A stretch of DNA of 64,000 nucleotides from NCBI GenBank assembly GCA_964106915.2, contig OZ066916.1, one strand, 5' to 3'. Position numbers and translations under genes: made by a program. Source of the stretch: Podarcis gaigeae. Its lineage: Eukaryota. Positions 1-12,721 of this stretch are shown piece by piece (position 1 is the stretch's first letter; each line of letters starts with the position of its first letter). Under the pieces are notes generated by a model. That model saw nothing but the letters and a program-made list of their open reading frames with translations. It was not told the DNA's origin and did no database searches.

Positions 1-246
1 ACACTTCCGGGTCACATGGCCAGCGTGACATCGCTGCTCTGGCGAGCCAGAGCTGCACACGGAAACGCCGTTTACCTTCCCGCTAGTAAGCGGTCCCTAT
101 TTATCTACTTGCACCCGGGGGTGCTTTCGAACTGCTAGGTTGGCAGGCGCTGGGACCGAGCAACGGGAGCGCACTCCGCTGCGGGGATTCGAACCGCCGA
201 CCTTTCGATCGGCAAGCCCTAGGTGCTGAGGCTTTAACCCACAGCG
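1..246 (-). mobile_element. Sauria SINE (tRNA-derived head at the right end), truncated by the window edge
   Basis: Reverse complement reads CGCTGTGGGTTAAAGCC...GGTCGGCGGTTCGAATCCCCGC (A/B-box tRNA head) followed by the typical Sauria SINE body; similar to the copy at 35781-36140. Confidence 0.8.
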
Positions 247-1451
247 TCTTGCATAATTGGCCGATCTTCACTTCCAAGGACCACAGTGCCATTCAGTGAA
301 ATCTAAGCGTGCATCCAAGTTTATTAGCATTATCTGTTTAAAATCATGTCTATTTGCATATCTGTCATATCATTGCGCTTATTGAATGATCACTTCTTTT
401 CCTTTTATTTTCCAATGTGTCCCCAAACAAGATTGTCTTCACAATTCCCGCCCCCCTGCAAATCTGAAAACCAGAAAATTAAATGGTTTAAAACACACAC
501 AAAAACAATATAACTGTAATTTAGGAATCTTGAAACAACTATGTAGGACCATGTTGTGCTAGATAAGTGGTGCAAGCATACCCCTGAAAACACCCCTTTT
601 ATTAGATTAAATTCTGGGTGCACATGATAGTAAGTCCTTGGATTTACCAATGCTCACATCATGTTTTGATAACAACTTTCTACCTACAACTGCCTGGAGC
701 TGGGTGTTCCTCACTGCTTGGCTCTGACGGACCATAATAGATGAGTGGAGAAGAGAAAGCTTGGTCTTTAATTCACCTTAAGATGGAATCTGCAGAGTAA
801 AGATCTTGCTGGGAACTTCAGAACTACTCTTGCAAATCACATTAAAATGTCATGCAACATGAGGTACATGGCAGCATATCTGAGGCCACGTATGTCCATT
901 TTGTTTCTGCTTCTCATTTTTCCAATCTTAAATTCAGTTCCCTACATTTCTGCAGCAATTTGTGATTACTTTTAAATCCTCACAAACACGCACCAGCATT
1001 TTTGTGTGAATTTCCCATGTCACATTTTTGTATGCAGTGTTCACATTCTTGCAAAAAAATGAAATGCGGTTTTGTATGTTGTTGTTTTTGCCCAGTTAAT
1101 CTGTATGTACACTTTCCTCTAATATATGCATTTTTGCAAACATGGGTTGGAAAACTGCTTTGCATAATTCAGATAAGTGTGAATTTCCGAGGCTAGCTGG
1201 GTTTCCATTTTGATACCGTTTTGGGGAAAGCAATTTTTATAGATTTGCCTTTATGTACGAACTGAATTGAATTTCACTCCATCCCTGTTGCACACACACC
1301 TCTTTCCATCCGGCAAGCAAAAGGTATTATCAGAACTCAAAGACACATTCCAGTCGGGCAAAAGCTCATGAGAGCTAATGAGGGATGTGGCCCAAGGACT
1401 GGACAGAGAGATCTGGAGGGCCTCATGCAATTCCCTACCCCTATTCTAGAC

Positions 1452-1705
1452 CAGGGGTCAGCAAACTTTTTCAGCAGGGGGCCAGCCAATTTTCCCATAG
1501 ACCTTGTGGGGGGTCAGACTATATTTTGGAAAGGGAAAAAAATGAACCAATTCCTATGCCCCACAAATAACCCAGAGATGCATTTTAAATGAAAGCACAC
1601 ATTCTATTCATGTAAAAACACGCTGATTCCCGGACCGCCTGCGGGCCGGATTGAGAAGGCAATTGGGCCGGATCCGGCCCCCGGGCCTTAGGTTTCCTAC
1701 CCCTG
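1452..1705. mobile_element. hAT-type MITE
   Basis: CAGGGGT...ACCCCTG termini; 8-bp TSD ttctagac/atctagac (1 mismatch). Confidence 0.8.
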
Positions 1706-2282
1706 ATCTAGACAGTTTACCAGCTACTCTTGTGGCCTGTCACAGGGCTGCAGGTAAAACACAGCATATACAAAAAAAACCCCACATATTTCCCTAGAAA
1801 ACTAGTGGTGTCAGGGCGAAAGCACATCATTTGATTTTCTCCCTAACATGGCTAATTTTCTGTGTGTAGCGTGATAGTTTGCATTCCTTTCCATGTAGTC
1901 CAAAATGGTGCAGCATGAGAACAATTTTACTATTTGATGAACTTTTTGTCTCCTTGAGGCCTTACCACTCTACCAAGTCTATTTTGCCACTCAACAAAAA
2001 TTCAACTGCACAAATCTTTTATAAAGAGGACCAGATGGAAACTTCAGCTCAATTATTTCAACTGACGTTTGCATAAGCAAGTATCAGATAGCCGAGACCA
2101 ATTACATTATTTTAAAAGGCTTATAAAGGCAAAGGCAGGGAAGAAAGGGATTTAATATTATTCAGTGTCACATTACATTTCTGGGAGAGAAATTTGGTTT
2201 TTAGGCATTAAGCAGTTTTACTCTGATAGAACTTTATTTGCATAAAAACATAAGTGTAAAACGGCTTGTCAGCACTTTACAG

Positions 2283-2419
2283 CAGGGGCGGGAACTTTTG
2301 GCCCTCTATGTGTTGTTGAACTGCAACTCCCATCAGCTCCAGCAAGCATGACCCATGACTAGGGATGGTAGGAGCTGTAGTTCAGTGACATCTGGAAGGC
2401 CAAAGGCTCTCCATACCTG
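2283..2419. mobile_element. Degenerate palindromic hAT MITE (same broad family as 62634-62769)
   Basis: CAGG...CCTG ends with internal inverted repeat aactgcaactcccatca / ggtaggagctgtagtt. Confidence 0.6.
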
Positions 2420-4410
2420 AACTCAGAAGAAAAGAAAGAAAATCTAAGAAAGTCAAAGTTAAATGAGCACAGCCAAAATAAAATTAAAGTGCTTAACTTT
2501 GTTTAGATCAGGTTCTAAATATTTACTAATAAATTTGTGACAGTCTGGTATCCCATTATTTCCTTTGCCAATGATGATAACTCAGTTGGAAGACTGTCCC
2601 TGACCGTTCTCTGTTTTTGGTCTGATGCTTTGCCTTGTATTTCTCCGCACCCTGGCAGTCTAAACGTAGCCAAGGCAGCTTAAAACCCTGTTCCTTTTCC
2701 TACTGTAAAATAAGCAGATGTGGATGTCTGTTATTGCTATAGACATACACAGGTTTTTATATAATAATCAATTGTTTTTATCCATGAGTTACTCTGGAGT
2801 TTCACACTGGCAGTGTCCCAATGTCCCACCAAAGGGAGGCAATGGTTCGAGCAAGGGGAGGAGTCAGTACTTTCTGGTTCCTTAGACAGACAGGGCAACA
2901 CAAAAGTCAGAACCATGGACAGAGATCAAGGTGTGACTCCAGCACCATGGACAGTGCTCCTGAAGCTGAAGCGAAACATCCCATTGTCTCAGATCCTGGA
3001 GCAACTGGCTGAGTTTCATAGCAGGCATAGCCAGTCATTCACTGCCTTCTTCTGCAACTGTTGACTCCTTTGAGGTAATGGGGTTTTCAGGGCTTGGGAT
3101 CTCTCCTCAGGGAGTCTGTGGACTGGCCTTCAATATAACCTTAGGGCTCAGCGGAGGAGAATAAAGCTCCAATGTCCAGAGATACGTATGGAATAGACCA
3201 GGGCATGGAACCATCACCTTCAATTAAAAAGTTTTCATTTCAGTTGCTATTATGGATATGAATGGATAGCCAGTTTCTCTTACCTTCTTGGTAGCTCTGT
3301 ACATAGCAAAAGACTCCACATCTATGCACAATAGAGAATGGGTTTATCTCTCGCGAACATTTTTAAAAAAACATTTCTATTGAGTCTCTGCATACTAAAA
3401 ATACACCCTTTGGCTTTTGGCTTTTATGCATGAATTGGCCCTCTCAATGGACTTGATTCTCATACAGGGCTCAGAACCTAGATTCAGTTTGCAGTGCCCT
3501 CCAATGTGTAAAAAGAATGCCTTGAAACTTGTACATTTCTTCACATTCAAGCTTTAACCCAGAATGTGTTGATTTAGGAGCTCTAGCATTTTCCAGAAAT
3601 GAATTATTAGGGGTTTTGGCCTGCAATGCGGCTCTCACCATTTTACACACTATCATGGTCACACTTTTTCAAATATCACTCTCTTGAGTTTAGTTTTCTC
3701 ATATTGCGACTTAATTGTTACACAGGCATAAGCCTTTCTCACATGGCCATGATCAATATCCCTGTGTAAAAGTAGTTTGCACAGAACTCAGGGATATTGT
3801 GGTATAATTTTCACCTGTTGGGAAGAATCCGTATCCTGGAAAAGCGACATCTATGCCCTGAGATTTAAAGAAATCACTATGAGGCCTCTTACTGCAATCT
3901 CTCTTTGACATATTTCATACAGAGTTTTTCCTGTCGTGGTAGGTGACAGGTTCAGTCTTGTTAAAAAGCGGCATGAGATAAGCTCTTGGAAATCAATTAA
4001 ATTGTGATTTTCTATGGAGCAATGTAGACCTCTCCTGCTCGATTGCTTGTTCTGCTCTGTCCCTATCAGATCGGCTTGAAGTGGTTTCCAGTGACTTTGC
4101 ACGAGAGGCTAGAATAAAATGTCTGCATATATAAATAACTGATTTGCCTCCCTGCTGTGCTGTTATCAGGTATGTAAATGTATGTCATATTCAGCTATTT
4201 GAGCAAACAGGTCTCATCATTTGTATCTCACTGAATTACAGGTAAATAATGTCTGGACAGCATACTAAACCAAACCATGCCTTAGTGCAAACAAGCAGGT
4301 TCTCAAACTGCCAATCATGGCCATAGCACTTTCCCCACAATCTTGCTGCTGCCTTAACCCAGGGCTAAGCCGTGGTTTGGTTCAGCATCACATCTGTATG
4401 GAGGCTTGCA

Positions 4411-4655
4411 GTTTGGATTTGAATTTGATATCCCTCTTTATCACTACCCTAAGGAGTCTCAAAGAGGCTAACATTCTCCTTTCCCTTCCTCCCCCACAAC
4501 AAACACTCTGTGAGGTGAGTGGGGCTGAGAGACTTCAGAGAAGTGTGACTAGCCCAAGGTCACCCAGCAGCTGCATGTGGAGGAGCGGGGAAGCTAACCT
4601 GGTTCACCAGATTACGAGTCCATTGCTCCTAACCACTACACCACACTGGCTCTCC
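4411..4655 (-). mobile_element. tRNA-CORE SINE (MIR/Squam3-like)
   Basis: CORE motif gtgactagcccaaggtcacccagc; reversed tRNA head ctaaccactacaccacactggctc; short-repeat tail gtttggatttgaatttga. Confidence 0.7.
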
Positions 4656-5289
4656 TGGGGGAGACAAGTTTGTCTGGGGGAGACGAGCCTGGGTTCAGGT
4701 GTATTATTATTGCTATTATTCATTTCATTTCTAGACCACTTAATATTTTAGAGGGGGGAAATCACGAAGCAGTTTACAACACATTAAAACATTGAATACA
4801 GCAATCCAGAATAAAACTTTACTGAAGAAAATCAGATATAAAGTATACCCTCAAAGCGACATGCTTTACAGGAAACTAAAATATTATCATAAAGATTTCA
4901 AAATGAAACATTACAAAGGAGGTAAACTACTGAATGCACACTTAACACAGAAAAATTAAGAAAAAATCTTTGAAACATTTAAAAGGATCCTGGGAACGTT
5001 AGTTTGTTGAGGGGGCTGGGAATTGTAGCTCCCATTATTCTTTGGGAGAAGTCATGTCCTTTAAATGTGTGTTGTATATGCTTTCAGTGTTTGGTATAGC
5101 TCTGCCCTCATTTGCTTTCAGTGAATAATGAATTACTGAAATATGTCACTCTGAAAGACTGGATATTTCGTAGTCTCTTACTGCCACCTTATGTGATTTC
5201 TTGCCATTGCATATAATGAACTTTATTTCCCCATCCTAGTCAGTTGTTTTTAGGGTGACCAGATAAGTGACAGGACAGGTCTTCTGTAC

Positions 5290-5428
5290 TGTGGCACAAA
5301 TGGTCAGTGTCTGGTTGTTAGCCAGAAGGTTGGTGGTTTGAGCCCACCCAGGGAAGGACGTGGGCTGGACTCCTGCACTGCAGGCAATTGGAGTAGATGA
5401 CTCTTGGGGTCCCTTCCAATTCTACAAT
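5290..5428 (+). mobile_element. tRNA-head SINE with CR1-like 3' tail (Squam2-like), degenerate
   Basis: gtggcacaaatggtcag...ggtttgagccc head; tail ttggagtagatgactcttggggtcccttccaattctacaatt resembles the CR1 3' end. Confidence 0.6.
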
Positions 5429-7431
5429 TTAAGAGGGAATTACAGCAGCTGCATCTTTTTTCAAAATGTATGGCAGTATGACACAATAGCCTGTTTCTTC
5501 ACCATAGCTATTAAAGATACAAGAGCTTTCCTGTTGCATGCAGTGACACTAGCCACCTTCTCAAACAAGGTGAGTTGAAGGTATATATGATACTGGAAGA
5601 TTCTCGTCTTCCAAATTTACAGTGCCCAACTTCTGTCCTCCCTATTCTTCTGGGACGAGTGCAAGCGCCAGAAGTATACTTTGTCCTTTGTGGACAGTCA
5701 GACTCAAAAGTAAATTCAAAGCTCATAGAGACAATAAAATCACAGTTGTGGAGCACATTATGCACAAGATTCAAAATAAAATGCATCAATATCTGGCTAT
5801 CATACCACTCCTGAAATTGTTTGTAGGGTTCATCCAGATTGCAAATTTTTTTCCAGGTATATTCTACAAGTTGTTATTGATACAATAATAGTGCATTAGT
5901 GGTGGATTTATTCGGGACTGCCAGGACTTAATTCCACTTCATTAGTTCCGATATGTTCTTCCAATGCACTATAGCACAAAAAAGTGGGACAAAACAAACA
6001 CCCTGGAATGTGTTTTTTGGGGGGAGAGGACGAGTTTTAGCAGGAAGCTACAGGACATGCACTAATTAGAATGAAGCAGTATGTTTATCTCAAAACTTTT
6101 GCATGTGCAAATAGTACTGAATGCCAGATTGTGTGTAACCGCCCCAATAACATTGTGAACACAATGCACAATAAAATGCACAATAAAATGATTTACTTGG
6201 AAATTATTTATTGAACAATGTACAATAAAATAATTTATTTTATTGCACTAACATAAATTTAAAAAATTAAATAACTGAAACGTTTGGATACTTTTTAAAT
6301 GATATATTTTTAAAAGATTTTTATACTTTGAATTTGTATTTACTAAGCTAGATAACAATCTGATACATGTCCTTAGCCTGGGATCTAATGTGTGCAGTGG
6401 TAAAAATAACAAATTATTCCCTGCAACAACCCTTTCTAGTAAGTATGCCGAGAAACAAATTTTCAGTCAAGGGTCTTTTGATAAGAATAAAGTGAAAATA
6501 AAATCCATTTGGCTGCGGTGATTCATAGTAATTAAAGCTGAAAGCACAACAAAGCTCAGGTCCTCAGTATAACAAAGTCAACAAAGCTTCACATTCAGGA
6601 CATCTCTGCAATTGCAATCTTGTTATTATTTCCAAACAATCACAAACTAGCTCATTTTTTCTTTAATATGCTGGTCGCAAACATTCTCAGGCATTTTCTT
6701 ATCCCCAAAGCAAAATGCAGGTCAGATTTGTATTGATTTTACTGAAATGAACTACAATCTCTTCTTCTTAAACACACTTCAGTGATCACTCTAAATGACA
6801 GTGCAATCAAATGAGCACTGCACATTGGATAAGCATTCTCCTTGTCTGTCTGTAGCATGTGAGTGACTGCTGAATCTGCTACTGGAAGCACCAGAGTCAG
6901 GTGTTTCAAAGTTGCCCCCAACAGCAAAATCTGGTCATTAATTGAGATGTATATATGTATTTCTAAAGTACCGGACAGCCCAGCTGAATGAAGAAATGGA
7001 AGAGATTACTTTCCATTAGTAAAAGCTTCCCAATGCACATGCCCAACAAAATCATCCTACAGGTCCTACATTCATAATGCAAGACTGACGTGAGGCCCTC
7101 TCTTCCACCACAAACTGATTTGAGGAGAAACTGCGCAAACCAGGTTTCTGTGGGTTTAACTAGCAAGGAGGGCTTTATTAGACTGCACTTGTGCTCATTT
7201 ATTCTTATTAATAATAATAATTACATTTTATATCCGTACTTCCTCCTGCTGGAGCCGATGCTTACGTTTAGGATCTGCTTGTAAAAGCAACTTGAAAATA
7301 CGCTTTTTCAAATTTCAAAAGATTCTAACAGAAGTATCCTAAACACATCTTTGTAGAAGTCCTATTGAAGTCAGTGGGATTCACTGTCAGGTAAGTGGGG
7401 TTAGAACTAGTGCCTAATTCAGTACATCTGG

Positions 7432-7690
7432 CTGGATTTCCCCAGGCATTCTGGGCGGCTCCCAGCAGAATATTAAAAGCACAATAAAAAATCAAACATT
7501 AAAAGCTTCCCTAAACAGGGCTGCCTTAAGATGTCTTCTAAAAGTCAAATAGCTGCTTATTTTCTTGACAGCTGATGGGAGGGCATTCCACAGGGCGGGT
7601 GCCACTACCAAGAAGGCCCTCTGCCTGGTTCCCTGTAGCCTCACTTCTCGCAGGGAGGGAATCACCAGAAGGTCCTTGGAGCTGCACCTG
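7432..7690 (-). mobile_element. L2-clade LINE 3' fragment
   Basis: Near-identical to copies at 60120-60412 and (reverse) 40955-41232: cttccctaaacagggctgccttaagatgtcttctaaaa...gaaggccctctgcctggttccc. Confidence 0.7.
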
Positions 7691-7711
7691 AATGAAATGA
7701 CTGAGTTTTTA

Positions 7712-7953
7712 CAGTGGTACCTCGGGTTAAGTACTTAATTCGTTCTGGAGGTCCATTCTTAACCTGAAAATGTTCTTAACCTCAAGCACCACTTCAGCTA
7801 ATGGGACCTCCTGCTGCTGCCGCGCCGCCGGAGCCCGATTTCTGTTCTTATCCTGAAGCAAAGTTCTTAACCCGAGGTACTATTTCTGGGTTAGTGGAGT
7901 CTGTAACCTGAAGCGTCTGTAACCTGAAGCGTCTGTAACCCGAGGTACCACTG
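7712..7953. mobile_element. Tc1/mariner (Tigger/pogo-like) MITE
   Basis: TIR CAGTGGTACCTCGGGTTA / TAACCCGAGGTACCACTG flanked by TA TSD. Confidence 0.85.
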
Positions 7954-8279
7954 TATTTCAGTTCACTCCATGTGAAAATACAGAGCTGGTTTAATCTTAT
8001 GCGTAACAAGCCTCATACAGATAGACGGGCTTTTCCAGCACGTAAGTAGGCAAACATGCTTAATATATGCTTGATATTTTCATTTCTAAAACGTCGCCGA
8101 TTAAGTTCAATATGTGAAAGGTTGCATGTGTAGCCTAAACTAGCGGGCTCCTGTGCAGGTGAGTTTTCTCCCGTGTTGCTTTCCTTGGAATCGAGCTAAC
8201 GCTGCTTGGAGAGAAAACTACCAACTTATTCTCTAAGGACACTCCACGTAGAGAGAGAGAGAATTTTTTTTAAAAAACT

Positions 8280-8920
8280 CGATTTAGCTGCTTAAGGGAA
8301 CTCGCTGCTTCGAAGCGCCCAAGCTCCGAGCGCCCAAACTGAACAAGGCAGCAGGTTCCCTCGGCAAAACAAAGCAGCGCACCTCGGCGGGCGTCACGTG
8401 AACGGGAAGACGGCGCTACGAACCCTGGGACGCCGCGCTCCCAAGCACCGAGGAGCGTCTCCCGACGGAGGGCGCCAGATAGGCCACGTGACCAGGCCGC
8501 GTCCAGAACTACATCCCCCGTGATGCTTTGGGCGCGGAGGGCTCCGTTGCCATGGCGCCTTAGCGGTCTCCTTCCTTCAACTCCCTCGGGATGCCGTTAC
8601 CGCCGCTTTCTCCAGCCCGGGTGTTTGCCGAGCTGGTCCCTCCGCCCGCCGGGGGGGACAACAGCCGGGAGAATGAAGTCCCGAGGCCGCCGGGGAGGGA
8701 AGTTCACGTCAGCGGCACCTCGGAGCTCAGCGCTAGGCCGGACCGGGCGAAAGTCACCGTTTACCTGAAGAGCAAGAAAGGGGAGGCCGGAGCGGCGCGA
8801 AGCAGCGTCACTCGGAGGCTGGATTATGTCGCCCAGAGCGCCCGGCAGCGCGGAGGAATCTCGGTGGGTTGGAGGGCGAGGAGGAGAGCCGACCCACCTC
8901 TCGCGCATGCTCGCAGCTCA
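8280..8920 (+). promoter_or_regulatory. IRAK1BP1: CpG-island promoter of IRAK1BP1
   Basis: Sharp GC/CpG enrichment in an otherwise AT-rich window; two E-boxes CACGTG (8395, 8485), ACTACA-TCCC ZNF143/THAP11-like motif (8508), X-box/YY1-like GTTGCCATGGCG (8546). Confidence 0.8.
8591..8863 (+). CDS. IRAK1BP1: IRAK1BP1 coding exon 1
   Basis: MPLPPLSPARVFAELVP...REVHVSGTSELSARPDRAKV...RRLDYVAQS matches IRAK1BP1/SIMPL; donor TCG|GTGGGT, phase 0. Confidence 0.92.
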
Positions 8921-9515
8921 ACGGCTTTCTCTGTGGCTACACCACATCATCACCACCTTCTGCACCGGAAAAGCTTTCGCTCTTTCTTATAGTTTGGTGG
9001 GAGGGGTGGGCCGCTTGGACCCCTAGACATATCCTCAACACCACTAGACAAGCAAAACCAGCGCAGTGGGATGATTAGGCTAGAGAAGAAACCCTTGGTT
9101 AAAGCCCAAGATCATTGTGTATTTCCCGATTGTGTATTTGCTGCATTTCTGTCCTGACCTGCTGTCAGTGAACTCAAGGCTGCACACAGGTTGCTTAAAT
9201 GGCAACCAGGTTTTAAAAATTGTTCTCTGTATTTGATGCAACAAGATATATTTATGGAGTAGCAGGCTGGATGATAAATGATTTCATGCTCTACTTAGGT
9301 TGGGTTAACAGTCCAGAATAGTATTTGATACAGTAATTGTGGGTGAAGATAAGATTTACTCATCTATGCTAAGCTGGATTTATTATTTATTTTTACCTTG
9401 AAATAGTGTACCTTGAACTCTGCTGCGTTGCTTAGTACTAGTTAAGCAACCATAATGTCACCGAAAAGCATTCTCTTCTTTACCTTTGTACTTAAAGCTG
9501 TTTCTTTTTCCCTAG

Positions 9516-9581
9516 GAGAACGACATGACTGTGACAAAGAACTTTAGTAGAATAGACAATGTGTATAAGATGGAAGCAGAG
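9516..9581 (+). CDS. IRAK1BP1: IRAK1BP1 coding exon 2
   Basis: ttttccctag|ENDMTVTKNFSRIDNVYKMEAE|GCAAGT (GC donor). Confidence 0.9.
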
Positions 9582-9623
9582 GCAAGTGTCTTAAGTATGA
9601 GTATTGGTCATGTGTCTCAAATA

Positions 9624-9882
9624 CCGTATTTTTTGCTCTATTAGACTCACTTTTTCCCTCCTAAAAAGTAAGGGGAATTGTGTGTGCGTCTTATGGAGCG
9701 AATGCAGGCTGCACAGCTATCTCAGAAGCCATAACAGCAAGAGGGATCGCTGCTTTCACTGCACAGTGATCCCTCTTACTGTTCTGGCTTCTGAGATTCA
9801 GAATATTTTTTTTCTTGTTTTCCTCCTCCAAAAACTAGGTGCGTCTTGTGGTCTGGTGCGTCTTATAGGGCGAAAAATACGG
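9624..9882. mobile_element. Tc1/mariner-superfamily MITE (CCGTATTTTT TIR)
   Basis: TA-CCGTATTTTT ... AAAAATACGG-TA; homologous to 22020-22297. Confidence 0.8.
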
Positions 9883-10395
9883 TAACATTGTTTTATATGT
9901 ATCTTGAGCATTAAACAAGAAATGTGAAACTATGTCCTAATATGCTTTTCTGCATACTCCATCCCTAACACAACGGGACTTCTTATGCAGGATTGAATTG
10001 TCTTAAAATATTAGGAGCATGTTGATATGCGGTTATAAACCAGGGGTTAATAGTAATTTCCTGAATGTCTTTCCAATTCTGCAAATTCATTGCTTCTCCG
10101 TAGTTGGTTCTACAAAACGATTGTCATTCTAAAAACTTGAATTTACAAAAATTGTCTGCTTTAATTCCATATAATAATAAGCATACAGATATGAGTATTT
10201 TTCATGTATTGCTGAAAGCTATGTAAGCCACATTGAGCAAAACTTCCTCTGTACAGAGGTAGCATATAAATGAAAGTATAATCTAATTTAGCTTTGTACA
10301 AAATGCATATTATAATTGATTTTGTATTATTCATCTTTAGCCAATTTTTAGCTAAGGTACTAAAAAGGCTTGCAAATTTTTACATTCCCATATAG

Positions 10396-10526
10396 GTCTG
10401 CATTACATTCAGTGATTTCGGCAAAATGCAAGATGTTTGTAACTTCCTTGTTGAGAAGCTAGGTAGCTCTGTTATCATCAGCCCACCTCACTTTTACCAT
10501 ACAGTGGAGGCAGTAGATGCCCTTCG
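10396..10526 (+). CDS. IRAK1BP1: IRAK1BP1 coding exon 3
   Basis: tatag|VCITFSDFGKMQDVCNFLVEKLGSSVIISPPHFYHTVEAVDALR|gtaagt. Confidence 0.93.
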
Positions 10527-11109
10527 GTAAGTTATGTCCTCCTCCTTTTACCAGAAAGTTAGTTCTCGCTAGCTTGATTTACCAGTGCCATGCCTCTGGA
10601 AATCTATTCTCTAATAAGTAGCCAAAGCTTCTATTTTGTTGCCCAGTCCAAGAAAACAGCTGATGGAATACACATGTTCGTATAGATATGGCTCCTACAT
10701 AATAGTAAACCATCATTAAAATAAATGATGGTTTAAAGTGAATGTGCTAGTGCACACAGTTGGAAACTGCAGGTGTTTTACTTTTGTCCCGTTGCTGGAA
10801 AACAAGCTGTATTATGTAAGAATCCAAGCTCATCTTTTGTTTTCCCCAAATAAACCATGAACAGTAAACCAAGAACAAACCTTGATTGCTACTTGTGACT
10901 CGGAGAGAAGCAGACCAGAAGCACTAAGCCAAGCCATGGCAGGAGCAAATCCCCCATGAAAGAGGTTGATACAATATTAAAGTAGACAAAAAAGCAAAAC
11001 AAGGCTCTATAATTTTATGAAGGTTTTAAATTGGAATGTATCATTAAGATGACAAATCATTCAGTCAAGCACCCCAATGCTGGTACATGAATAACCGTGA
11101 AATCCTGTA

Positions 11110-11349
11110 CAGTCAATACCTCGGGTTGTGAACACTGCGGGTTGTGCATTTCTGGGTTATGGATCGCGCCGACCCCAGAAGTACCGGAACAGGTTACTTC
11201 CGGGTTTCAGCACTCGCGCATGTGCAAAACCACTAAATCACGCTATGAGCAGAAGAACCGAATTGCAATACACGCGTGCGCAGGCGCTGCCATGCTGATT
11301 GCGAATGTGCCACCCGCACGGGTCACGTTCGTAACCCGAGGTTCCACTG
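11110..11349. mobile_element. Tc1/mariner (Tigger-like) MITE
   Basis: TA-CAGTCAATACCTCGGGTT ... AACCCGAGGTTCCACTG-TA. Confidence 0.75.
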
Positions 11350-11505
11350 TACTCCCAGGAAAGGGGGAACAGGATTGCAGCCTAGGAGGAGGAGGAAGCC
11401 AGTCTAAGAAGAGATGAATGAAAATAAATGCAATCACATATATTTTGGCTTAGTTTCAGAGTTTTGCCTCTCTGGTATGGAAAGGTTGAAATGACAGTGT
11501 ATATA

Positions 11506-11713
11506 CAGTGGTACCTCGGGTTACATACGCTTCAGATTACAGACTCCGCTAACCCAGAAATAGTACCTCGGGTTAAGAACTTTGCTTCAGGGTGAGAACA
11601 GAAATTGTGCAGCGGCGGCGCAGCGGAAGCGGGAGGCCCCATTGGCTAAAGTGGTCTTCTGGTTAAGAACGGACCTCTGGAACGAATTAAGTACCTAACC
11701 CGAGGTACCACTG
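11506..11713. mobile_element. Tc1/mariner MITE, same family as 7712-7953, opposite orientation
   Basis: Same TIR CAGTGGTACCTCGGGTTA with TA TSD; internal sequence is the reverse complement of 7712-7953. Confidence 0.85.
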
Positions 11714-12438
11714 TATAGACCTTGATTCAGATCTGAAGTATAAAGAACTATTAAGCAGTTTTACTGCAGCAGCAGGGTCTGTGAAAGCATGAAGTTAGTA
11801 AAACTTTCAAAGAGTGAATATAGATCAATGGTATCAAAGGGTTGGGCAGCTAACTTTTCATGCATAACTACACAAAAGTTAAACGTTGCCCGTAGGATAA
11901 AAATAAATACTTTCCCATTAGTTTGTTACATGTTTATTAACTGTTAACATATCAGAACATGGGAGGTTCCACCACCAGCATACACCTCACTCTGGACACA
12001 ATGAGCTGGTTTTTGCTCTTTGCTCTGGAAAGAAAAGACAAATTAACTCTGTTTTCTGTGAGATCAGAACTTTATTTGCCTTTTTCAGCCTTTGACAAAC
12101 TTCCCTTGGATTTCCAATCTGACATAGAGTGGGAGAAGGGGGTTAATTTAGTTGTTTACGTTGCATAAATTTTAAATGTCATAAAATGGGGGAGGGGATA
12201 ACATTGCTGAATATATAGAGGCTGAAATCCTACACTGATACCTGGAATTAATCTCAATGAGATAGACCTATATAGGATTGTACTGTTAGTTGCTTTGTGA
12301 AGGTCTTTCTCATTGAAAAGCAGAGTATGCAGTGCTCAAAAGTAGGTACTACATTGGTTAATGGTTTTAATTGACACACTCCCTTTTTGTTGCTTTAATT
12401 AGCTAAATCTTCCCATTTGTCTTTGGTTTTTTTTGCAG

Positions 12439-12721
12439 ACGTCAGGTTTGTCTTGCTGCTGTTGGGAGTGCCCGGCAAAAAGCTCAAGAAGTTTGCCAGT
12501 TGCTTGGCCAGCCCCTTGGGAAGCCTTTGCTAATAAGGGAAGAGGAAGTGAAAGAGTGGGAGGGCCACCTCGAAAATCACTTGGTCAACACCCCAGACTC
12601 ACTGGGTTTGCAACAGAGACTCCAGAGTGCCACCATCTATGTTTCCTCAAGGGTATATGCTGTTTTTGAAATAAAGGGGGAAAGGAAGAGAAAACAAGCA
12701 GCTCACATAAATGTAAACTGA
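12439..12721 (+). CDS. IRAK1BP1: IRAK1BP1 coding exon 4 (terminal, TGA at 12719-12721)
   Basis: ttttgcag|RQVCLAAVGSARQKAQEVCQLLGQPLGKPLLIREEEVKEWEG...SATIYVSSRVYAVFEIKGERKRK; joined CDS 753 nt = 250 aa + stop. Confidence 0.93.

Noticed and set aside
2590-3200. GC-richer stretch with short ORFs, possibly an LTR or exon
   Set aside because: No termini, TSD, splice pattern or protein motif I can support.
4317-4751. 144-aa ORF
   Set aside because: Runs through a SINE; spurious.
6157-6240. Repeated acaatgcacaataaaat units
   Set aside because: Short AT-rich local slippage duplication; not a CRISPR-like array or functional repeat.
8864-8992. Extension of ORF 8591..8992 with a His run
   Set aside because: Lies past the exon 1 donor in intron 1; homology to IRAK1BP1 stops at 8863.
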